The position numbers were made by a program, and so were the translations under genes. Below, one piece after another: positions 10,618 through 22,600 of a stretch of 64,000 bases of DNA; position 1 is the first letter of the stretch, and every line of letters starts with the position of its first letter. Origin of the DNA: Macrostomum lignano (Eukaryota); NCBI GenBank assembly GCA_002269645.1, contig NIVC01001783.1, forward strand, positions 62,001 through 126,000, given 5' to 3'. Under the pieces are notes generated by a model. It made no database searches. It had not been told where the DNA came from and was given only the letters and a program-made list of their open reading frames with translations.

Positions 10618-13600
10618 AGGCGGTAGCGGCACTGTGTCCGACGCTGTTGGTAAGATTGGCTCGTGTTTCTCAAGCTTCCAAAGCTGATTGTTAATATTTT
10701 TGTCTCAAAGCACGTATATTATACAGTAATTGTACAGTAAGTCCGTAATCTCTTAAGAATTACCCTAATCTTACCCTAAGAATTACCTCAATCTCACTAC
10801 AAGAATTACCCCAATCTCACCCCAAGAATTACCCCAATCTTACCCTAAGAATTACCTCAATCCCACCCTAAGAATTACCCTAATCTCATCCCTAAAAGTC
10901 GCCCTAATCGCTCTCAAGAAGTACTCCAATCTCACCCTCAAGAATTGGTTCAATCTCAACATCTAACAATCTATCTAATCTCACCCCAAAGAATCGGTCC
11001 AATCTCACCCTCTAGCAGTCTATCCAATGTCACTCTAAGAATCGGGTCCAATCTCACCCTCTAGCAGTCTATCCAATGTCACTCTAAGAATCGGTCCAAT
11101 CTCACCCTCTAGCAGTCTATCCAATGTCACTCTAAGAATCGGTCCAATCTCACCCTCTAGCAGTTTATCCAATGTCACTCTAAGAATCGGTCCAATCTCA
11201 CCCTCTAGCAGTCTATCCAATGTCACTCTAAGAATCGGTCCAATCTCACCCTCTAGCAGTCTATCCAATGTCACTCTAAGAATCGGGTCCAATCTCACCC
11301 TCTAGCAGTCTATCCAATGTCACTCTAAGAATCGGTCCAAACTCACTCTCTAGCAGTCTATCCAATGTCACTCTAAGAATCGGTCCAATCTCACCCTCTA
11401 GCAGTCTATCCAATGTCACTCTAAGAATCGGGTCCAATCTCACCCTCTAGCAGTCTATCCAATGTCACTCTAAGAATCGGTCCAATCTCACCCTCTAGCA
11501 GTCTATCCAATGTCACTCTAAGAATCGGTCCAATCTCACCCTCTAGCAGTCTATCCAATGTCACTCTAAGAATCGGTCCAATCTCACCCTCTAGCAGTCT
11601 ATCCAATGTCACTCTAAGAATCGGTCCAATCTCACCCTCTAGCAGTCTATCCAATGTCACTCTAAGAATCGGGTCCAATCTCACCCTCTAGCAGTCTATC
11701 CAATGTCACTCTAAGAAACGGTCCAATCTCACCTTCTAGCAGTCTGTCCAATGTCACTCTAAGAACCGGTCCAATCTCACCTTCTAGCAGTCTATCCAAT
11801 GTCACTCTAAGAATCGGTCCAATCTCACCCTCTAGCAGTCTATCCAATGTCACTCTAAGAATCGGTCCAATCTCACCCTCTAGCAGTCTATCCAATGTCA
11901 CTCTAAGAATCGGATCCAATCTCACCCTATACGAGTCTATCCAATGTCACTCTAAGAATCGGGTCCAATCTCACCCTATACGAGTCTATCCAATGTCACT
12001 CTAAGAATCGGTCCAATCTCACCCTATACGAGTCTATCCAATGTCACTCTAAGAATCGGTCCAATCTCACCCTATACGAGTCTATCCAATGTCACTCTAA
12101 GAATCGGTCCAATCTCACCCTATACGAGTCTATCCAATTTCACTCTAAGAATCGGGTCCAATCTCACCCTATACGAGTCTATCCAATGTCACTCTAAGAA
12201 TCGGTCCAATCTCACCCTATACGAGTCTATCCAATGTCACTCTAACAATCGGTCCAATCTCACCCTATACGAGTCTATCCAATGTCACTCTAACAATCGG
12301 TCCAATCTCACCCTCCGCTATCCGCAGGCGAGCTCCAGCTAGAGGTGTCCACCCGAGAGAACGAGGAGCGCAAGGAGCGAGACTCCTACATTGTGCAGCT
12401 GAACTCTCTGCAAGGCGAGAAGCCGGCGCACTGCCAGCAGCTGCTACAGCTGATGCAGGCCAGACTGGATTATCACTCGGCTTGCGCCCGGCATCTGCAA
12501 CAGCAGCTGCCCAAGCTGCAATCCGAGGTGGCTAGAATTACCAGACTGTCTGGGCCGTGCTACGGCACCCCGCTGGGCGATCATCTGTCTAGGACTGGGC
12601 GCCGTATAGCCTACGTTATCGATGTGTGCACCGCCGCTCTTCGACGGGACGATATTATGGATGAGGAGGTGAATTGTGGATTTAATAATAGAAACTGGAC
12701 TGCTGCATAGAGGATCAGGCAGTTAAGTGGTTGTAAATATCGTCACTGTAGATAAAGAAGTTAGAAATTAAGGGGATTCCCTTAATGTGTTCAAGAAACT
12801 TAGCGATTTTTTGGAATTTCACAGTTCCGGATTTCTGGGATTCCCCAATCAATAATCTGGAAGTTAGTAGGAATTTCCAGGATTCCGCAATCAATAATCT
12901 GGAAGCTAGTAGGGATTTCCAGGATTCCGCAATCAATAATCTGGAAGCTAGTAGGAATTTCCAGGATTCCGCAATCAATAATCTGGAAGATAGTAGGGAT
13001 TTCCAGGATTCCGCAATCAATAATCTGGAAGCTAGTAGGAATTTCCAGGATTCCGCAATCAATAATCTGGAAGATAGTAGGGATTTCCAGGATTCCGCAA
13101 TCAATAATCTGAAAGCTAGTAGGGATTTCCAGGATTTCGCAATCAATAATCTGGAAGCTAGTAGGGATTTCCAGGATTCCGCAATCAATAATCTGAAAGC
13201 TAGTAGGGATTTCCAGGATTCCGCAATCAAGGATCTGGAAGCTAGTAGGGATTTCGCGGATTTCCCAATAAAGAATCTGGAAGTTGGAAAGGATTTACGG
13301 GATTTTCCAATCAAGAAATTAAAGGTTGTTAGTAGGGATTTCCGAGATTCCCCAATCAAGGATCGGATAGTTAGTAGTCCTTAAGATTTGTTATAATTCT
13401 CAAAAACCTCGTTCATTTAACACCATCGCAGGGCTTATTCCGCGTTAACGGGCCAACCAGTTCAGTGCAGAAGCTGGAGTCATTCCTAGACGTGATGCAA
13501 GCAGAATCAGAAATCCATCGCTACGACAGTGCTTCTATATGTGGCGCATTGAAAAAGTATTTGAAGCAGCTGCCCGAGCCTCTGATTGGTCAGTCTCTGC

Positions 13601-16600
13601 TGCCGGAATGGAAGAAGGCTTGCGCATTTTCCAGCTCAGACGAGCGGCGCATGGCTCTGCACAGCTGCTGCTCAGAATTGCAACGTAGGCAGCCGCAATA
13701 TTTCGACAATTTGCGACATTTAATTAAATTTCTAGCGCTAGTCTGCGACAGACAGGAGCGCAATAAAATGTCGCCTAAAAATCTTGGCATCTGCATTGGA
13801 CCGAATATTGTTGGCACACTGGCCCAGCAGCTTCAGGTGAGAGTCTTTCTTTGTAAGAATAGCTTTGCCATTCTCAAGCCTAAATATTGAACCACATCTA
13901 CCAGGTAATTTATAGTGCCGCTCTAGTCTCCCCCTAAGAATTGCTTCAATCTCTCCCTTAGAATTGTCCCAATCTCACCCATGAGAATCTTCCCAATCTC
14001 ACCCTTGAGAATCTTCCCAATCTCACCCTTGAGAATATTTCCAATCTCACCCCTAAGAATTGCCCCAATCTCACCCTTGAGAATCGCCCTAGTTTCACCC
14101 CTAAGAATCGCTTCAATCTCACCCCTAAGAATTACCCGAATCTTTCCCTTAGAATCGCTTCAATCTCACCCCTAAGAATTGCCCCAATCTCACCCCAAGG
14201 AATTTCCCTAATCTCACCCTTGAGAATCGCCCTAGTCTCACCCCTAAGAATCGCTTCAATCTCACCCCTAAGAATTGCCCTAATCTCACCCTTAGAATCG
14301 CTTCAATCTCACCCCTAAGAATTGCCCCCATCTCACCCCAAGGAATTTCCCTAATCCCACCCTTGAGAATCGCCCTAGTGTCACCCCTAAGAATCGCCCT
14401 AGTCTCACCCCTAAGAATCGCCCAAATCTCACCCTTAGAATCGCTTCAATCTCACCCCTAAGAATTGCCCCAATCTCACCCTTGAGAATCGCCCTAGTTT
14501 CACCCCTAAGAATTGCCCGAATCTCACCCTTAGAATCGCTTCAATCTCACCCCTAAGAATTGCCCCAATCTCACCCCAAGGAATTTCCCTAATCTCACCC
14601 TTGAGAATCGCCCTAGTCTCACCCCTCAGAATCGCTTCAATCTCACTCCTAAGAATCGCTTCAATCTGACCCCTAAGAATTGCCCTAATCTCACCCTTAG
14701 AATCGCTTCAATCTCACCCCTAAGAATTGCCCCCATCTCACCCCAAGGAATTTCCCTAATCTCACCCTTGAGAATCGCCCTAGTCTCACCCCTAAGAATC
14801 ACTTCAATCTCAACCCTAAGAATCGCTTCAATCTCACCCCTAACAATCGCTTCAATCTTACCCCTAAGAATCGCTTCAATCTCAACCCTAAGAATCGCTT
14901 CAATCTCACCCCTAACAATCGCTTCAATCTTACCCCTAAGAACCGCCCCAATCTCACCACCCCTAAAAATCGCCCCAATCTCACCCCTACTAGCCGCTAC
15001 AATGTTATCTAGCGCAGCTAAACCCTATAATTTCTGTTCCCTCTGTACCGTCAGAGCGCCTCCAGTGGCGCCACTTTCCCGGCGTCTGCATCGGGCGCCA
15101 ACGGCTCAGGAGCGCCGCCCAACTACGACGATTTGCATAGCGCCAATTTGGGCACCCTGATAGTCGAGAATCTCATTGTGCATCACGACTTCTGCTTTGG
15201 TAGCGAAGGTAAGCCTGCCTATGTCTCTGGTTGTTGATGTTTCTCTTTGGTATCATCCAAATTCTTCCCAGCTGAAGGCTGCGTACGGCTGTTCAGTCCA
15301 AGGACTGGGGGGTCGCCACACAGCCTCAGTTACCCCATCTAATGCTGGCACCCATTTTACAGCTGGGGGAACTGAAGCAATGCAGAGTTAAGTGTCTTTC
15401 TCAAGGACAAAAATTGTTCCGAGTGGATCTCGAGAATCGAACCCCCGACCTTTCAGTCGTGAGCCCGATGCTCTAACCACTAGGCTACAAAGTTCTTGTT
15501 ATTTTCTGTCTGATATCGTCTTCTGCACAGCAACTTAGTTGGAATCGAGCCCTGTACCACACGGATTTATTGTTCCTTTTTTATCGCGCTGTTAAAATTA
15601 TTGGGAAGACAGAAGTGCATGAAGTCAATAATCCTATGCGGAATATGATAATTCAATTTTGTAAACTATGAGCGATGCAACTAAAGAGGAAAAGGGTCTG
15701 TATTTATAATACGTGACCATTGAGACGTTAGCGGGACTGTTCTGTAGATAACAGTCTATTGCATATAGGCAATACAACTTGATTAGCATATCATTATCAT
15801 AATATTAATAGTTGAATAAATATTTGTTTTTTTGTTGCATACAAATAAGTTTGACTAGCAATGGTAGTTGTTTGGGGTTATTTTTAAGCACTAAATATTA
15901 ATTGCAAACATATTTTTTCTCTCATTGCATAAATCGAATGTCTGGTTAAAGAATAATATTTCTTGATATACTTTTGACGAAATGTTTTTGTCATTTTTTC
16001 AGTAAAATTTTATAGGTTTTTTAACTTTGATGCAAACTTATAGAATATTTGAGATTTCGTGAATAGGGATAAAATTATCTAGCTAATCGGGGATCAAATT
16101 GTCTGGGATCTGGAATTTCATAATTGGGATCAAATTGTCTGGAATCTGGAATTTCATAATTGGGGATCAAATTGTCTGGGATCTGGAATTTCATAATTGG
16201 GGATCAAATTAACTGGGATCGGATATTTCATAATTGGGGATCAAATTATCTGGGATCGGGGATTTCATAGTTGGGGATCAAATTATCTGGGATCTGGAAT
16301 TTCATAGTTGGGGATCAAATTATCTGGGATCTAGGATTTTATAATTGGGGATCAAAGCATCTCTGGGATCTAGGATTTTATAATTGGGGATTAAATTATC
16401 TCTGGGATCTAGGATTTTATAATTGGGGATCAAATTATCTCTGGGATCTAGGATTTTATAATTGAGGATCAAATTATCTCTGGGATCTAGGATTTTATAA
16501 TTGGGGATCAAATTATCTCTGGGATCTAGGATTTTATAATTAGAGATCAAATTATCTAGGATCGAGGATTTTATAATTGGGGATTAAATTATCTCTGGGA

Positions 16601-19600
16601 TCTAGGATTTTATAATTGGGGATAAAATTATCTCTGGGATCTAGGATTTTATAATTGGGGATCAAATTGTCTCTGGGATCTAGGATTTTATAATTGGGGA
16701 TCAAATTATCTCTGGGATCTAGGATTTTATAATTGGGGATCAAATTATCTCTGGGATCTAGGATTTTATAATTGGGGATCAAATTATCTCTGGGATCTAG
16801 GATTTTATAATTAGAGATCAAATTATCTAGGATCGAGGATTTCATAATTGGGAATCAAATTATCTGGGATCGAGGATTTCATAATTGGGAATCAAATTAT
16901 CTGGGATCTAGGATTTTATAATTGGGGATAAAATTATCTCTGGGATCTAGGATTTTATAATTGGGGATCAAATTATCTCTGGGATCTAGGATTTTAAAAT
17001 TGGGGATCAAAGCATCTCTGGGATCTAGGATTTTATAATTGGGGATCAAAGCATCTCTGGGATCTAGGATTTTATAATTAGAGATCAAATTATCTAGGAT
17101 CGAGGATTTTATAATTGGGGATTAAATTATCTCTGGGATCTAGGATTTTATAATTGGGGATAAAATTATCTCTGGGATCTAGGATTTTATAATTGGGGAT
17201 CAAATTGTCTCTGGGATCTAGGATTTTATAATTGGGGATCAAATTATCTCTGGGATCTAGGATTTTATAATTGGGGATCAAATTATCTCTGGGATCTAGG
17301 ATTTTATAATTGGGGATCAAATTATCTCTGGGATCTAGGATTTTATAATTAGAGATCAAATTATCTAGGATCGAGGATTTCATAATTGGGAATCAAATTA
17401 TCTGGGATCGAGGATTTCATAATTGGGAATCAAATTATCTGGGATCTAGGATTTTATAATTGGGGATAAAATTATCTCTGGGATCTAGGATTTTATAATT
17501 GGGGATCAAATTATCTCTGGGATCTAGGATTTTAAAATTGGGGATCAAAGCATCTCTGGGATCTAGGATTTTAAAATTGGGGATCAAAGCATCTCTGGGA
17601 TCGGGGATTTCATAATTGGGGATCAAAGCATCTCTGGGATCTAGGATTTTATAATTGGGGATCAAATTATCTCTGGGATCAAGGATTTTATAATTGGGGA
17701 TCAAAGCATCTCTGGGATCTAGGATTTTATAATTGGGGATTAAATTATCTCTGGGATCTAGGATTTTATAATTGGGGATCAAATTATCTCTGTGATTTTG
17801 GATTTCATAATTAGGGATCAAATTATCTGGGATCTAGGATTTCATAATTAGGGATCAAATTATCTGGGATCTAGGATTTCATAATTAGGGATCAAATTAT
17901 CTGGGATCTAGGATTTCATAATTAGGGATCAAATTATCTGGGATCTAGGATTTCATAATTGGGGATCAAATTATCTCTGTGATTTTGTATTTCATAATTA
18001 GGGATCAAATTATCTGGGATCTAGGATTTCATAATTAGGGATCAAATTATCTGGGATCTAGGATTTCATAATTAGGGATCAAATTATCTGGGATCTAGGA
18101 TTTCATAATTAGGGATCAAATTATCTGGGATCTAGGATTTCATAATTGGGGATCAAATTATCTCTGTGATTTTGGATTTCATAATTAGGGATCAAATTAT
18201 CTGGGATCTAGGATTTCATAATTAGGGATCAAATTTTCTGGGATCTAGGATTTCATAATTAGGGATCAAATTATCTGGGATCTAGGATTTCACAATTAGG
18301 GATCAAATTATCTGGGATCTAGGATTTTATAATTGGGGATCAAATTATCTCTGTGATTTTGGATTTCATAATTAGGGATCAAATTATCTGGGATCTAGGA
18401 TTTCATAATTAGGGATCAAATTATCTGGGATCTAGGATTTCATAATTAGGGATCAAATTATCTGGGATCTAGGATTTCATAATTAGGGATCAAATTATCT
18501 GGGATCTAGGATTTTATAATTGGGGATCAAATTATCTCTGTGATTTTGGATTTCATAATTAGGGATCAAATTATCTGGGATCAAATTATCTGGGATCTAG
18601 GATTTCATAATTAGGGATCAAATTATCTGGGATCTAGGATTTCATAATTGGGGATCAAATTATCTGGGATCTAGGATTTCATAATTAGGGATCAAATTAT
18701 CTCTGTGATTTTGGATTTCATAATTAGGGATCAAATTATCTAGGATCTAGGATTTCATAATTAGGGATCAAATTATCTGGGATCTAGGATTTCATAATTA
18801 GGGATCAAATTATCTGGGATCTAGGATTTCATAATTAGGGATCAAATTATCTGGGATCTAGGATTTTATAATTGGGGATCAAATTATCTCTGTGATTTTG
18901 GATTTCATAATTAGGGATCAAATTATCTGGGATCTAGATTTCATAATTAGGGATCAAATTATCTGGGATCTAGGATTTCATAATTGGGGATCGGATTATC
19001 TGGTATCGGGGATTTCATAATTGGGAGTCAGAGAGTGATATTGAGTGTTAGAGAGTGATATTGAGTGTCAGAGAGTGACATTGAGTGTCAGAGAGTGGCA
19101 TTCAGTGTCAGAGAGTGATATTGAGTGTTAGAGAGTGATATTGAGTGTCAGAGAGTGACATTCAGTGTCAGAGAGTGATATTGAGTGTTAGAGAGTGACA
19201 TTCAGTGTCAGAGAGTGACATTCAGTGTCAGAGAGTGACATTCAGTGTCAGAGAGTGACATTGAGTGTTAGAGAGTGACATTGAGTGTTAGAGAGTGATA
19301 TTGAGTGTTAGAGAGTGACATTCAGTGTCAGAGAGTGACATTGAGTGTTAGAGAGTGACATTGAGTGTTAGAGAGTGATATTGAGTGTCAGAGAGTGACA
19401 TTCAGTGTCAGAGAGTGACATTCAGTGTCAGAGAGTGACATTCAGTGTCAGAGAGTGACATCAAGTGTCATAGAATCAAATTGGTGGCAGGGAGTCACAT
19501 TGTCAAAGAGCGATATTATGTGTCAGTTTTACGACTTTAGATGTCAACTGGCAATGTTAGACGTCAGAGATGCAAATTAAATAGCTGGTCAGAGGGCTCG

Positions 19601-22600
19601 TCTATTATTTTTCTCTTTCTTTATCTAGACACAAGTCCGTATCGTTGTGCCTTTAAGACTGCCGTCTTTGATGTTGTGAATTGGTTTAATTTTTGTAGCT
19701 AGATGTCTGAACCTTGCATTATTACTCGTAATTAATCGCTTTTGGCAGGCTTGCATCTAAGCTATCTTGTGTTTTGCTTTGGCTTAGGTAGAAGCTGTTT
19801 AATTATCTCTTTGTTTTCCTTTACTTTTCATAGTTCATTCGCCTATGTGAAATCAAGAGCTTCCATCTAACTAACATGAGAGAGGCCTTCAGATAATATC
19901 CTTTATCATCGCCAACCCCTATCCACCTCACTTCACACCCACCCGAATCCACCCCACTCTAAACCCACCCCAATCCACCCCACTCCACACCCACCCGAAT
20001 CCACCCCACTCTAAACCACCCAATCCACCCCACTCCACACCCACCCGAATCCACCCCAATCCACCCCACTCCACACCCACCCCAATCCACCCCACTCCAC
20101 ACCCACCCTATCCACCCCACTTCACACCACCCGAATCCACCCCACTCCACACCCACCCCAATCCACCCCACTTCGCACCCACCCGAATCCACCCCACTCC
20201 ACACCCACCCCAATCCACCCCAATCCACCCCACTTCACACCCACCCCACTCCACACCCACCCCTATCCACTCCACTCCACATCCACCCACTCCACACCCA
20301 CCCCTATCCACCCCACTTCACACCCACCCACTGTACACCCACCCCTATCCATTCCACTTCACACCCACCCGAATCCACCCCACTCCACACCCACCCCAAT
20401 CCACCCCACTTCACACCCACCCGAATCCACCCCACTCCACACCCACCCCACTGTACACCCACCCCTATCCACCCACTCCACACCCACCGAATCCACCCCT
20501 CTCCACACCCACCCCAATCCACCCCACTTCACACCCACCCCACTCCACACCCACCCCTATCCACCTCACTCCACAACCACTCCACCCCACCTCACTTCAC
20601 CCCAACCCACTCGACCCACCCCACCCTACTCCACCCCATCTCACTCCACCCCAACCACCCCATCTCACTCCACACTAAGCACTATTGCTTGTATTACTAA
20701 TATATTAGTGACCCAGTCAGTACTTGCCTGTGCAAACAAACCGCTTATTCTTTTCTTTGATTTTTGAGCTTCTTTGGCACCCGGTGACCCAACATTCCAC
20801 TTATAACACCCACTTATATTGCTTTCATTGCCAGTGGCATTAGTAGAGCGCTTGCTGGCTTGTAACGAGCTGCTATTTTCTTGGCTTAGTTTCGAATGCA
20901 ACAAAGAATGCGAAAATTTACTGAATAAATTTCTACGCCAGATCTGCGATCGCCTCCATCAGACTTCGCTGTCAATTCGCAACAACAAAGACTGCGCTCG
21001 ATGAGCAGCGTTAACTATAGCGGCGGCAGCGGCGGTCACAGTGCCTTCGGTATAGCGCAGGGCTGGCACAAGTCTTTGTTTAGATATTGTGTTGTTACTT
21101 ATTACCAAGTACCTATTAACCTATTCGTCTTGTTGTGTCGTAGTCTTTGTCTACTGTAATTTTTTATGATTTTTTGAAACTAATAATCTGAATTTTATAT
21201 GAGGGCAAATTTTTTAAGCTCCTTGTCATTTCTTGAGGGCAATTAATATGATCCAATTTTTTGGCTTATTGTCGGTTGCTGCCGTTTGGCTGCTGCTGCG
21301 GGGATGGTGGTGCTGTGGGGGGTGTTTGGTGGGTGCTGTGGGGGTGTTTGGTGGGTGCTGTGGAGTGTTTGTGTGGGTGCTGTGTGGAGTGTTTGGTGGG
21401 TGCTGTGGGGGTGTTTGGTGGGTGCTGTGGGTGTTTGTGTGGGTGCTGGGGGTGTTTGGTGGTGCTGTGGGGTGTTTGTGTGGGTGCTGTGGGGGTGTTT
21501 GGTGGGTGCAATCCACCCCACTCCACACCCACCCCTATCCACCCACTCCACACCCCCCCTATCCACCCCACTTCACACCCACCCCTATCCACCCACTCCA
21601 CACCCACCCCAATCCACCCCACCCACACCCACCCCAATTCACCCCACTCCACACCCACCCAATCCACCCCACCACACCCACCCAATCCACCCCACTCCAC
21701 ACCCACCCCTATCCACCCACTTCACACCCATCACTTCACCCCACCCCATCCACCCCACTCACACCCACCCAATCCACCCCACTTCACACCCACCCCACTC
21801 CACACCCACCCTATCCACCCACTCACACCACCCTCAATCCACCCCACTCCACATCCACCCCTATCCACCCACTCCACACCCACCCTATCCACCCACCCAC
21901 ACCCACCCAATCCACCCCACTCCACACCCACCCCAATCCACCCACTCCACACCCACCCCACTCCACACCCACCCCACTCCAACCCACCCCACTCCACACC
22001 CACCCCACTCGACACCCACCCCAATCCACCCCACTTCACACCCACCCACTCCACACCCACCCCTATCCACCCCACTCCACACCCACCACTCTACCCCACC
22101 TCACTCCACCCCAACCCACTTGACCCACTCGACCCACCCCACCCTACTCCACCCCATCTCACTCGACCCCAACCACCCCATCTCACTCCACACTAAGCCA
22201 CTATTGCTTGTATTACTAATTTATTAGTGACCCAGTCAGTACTTGCCTGTGCAAACAAACCGCTTATTTTATTTTCTTTGATTTTTTGAGCTTCTTTGAC
22301 ACCCGGTGACCCAACATTCCACTTATAACACACCACTTATATTGCTTTCATTGCCAGTGGCATTAGTAGAGCGCTTGTTGGCTTGTAACGAGCTGCTATT
22401 TTCTTGGCTTAGTTTCGAATGCAACAAGACTGAGAGAAAATTTACTGAATAAATTTCTACGCCAATCTGCGATCGCCTCCATCAGACTTCCTGTCAATTC
22501 GCAACAACAAAGACTGCGCTCGATGAGCAGCCGTTAACTATAGCGGCGGCAGCGGTCACATGCCTTCGTATAGCGCAGGGCGCACAAGTCTGGCACAAGT

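Noticed and set aside
11035-18000. Many 60-214 aa ORFs with perfect peptide repeats (GPILRVTLDRLLEGEI, INNLEASRDFQDSA, IPNYKILDPRDNL)
   Set aside because: They are read-throughs of minisatellites with unit lengths divisible by 3. They lie inside RhoGAP introns and are open on both strands or in several frames.
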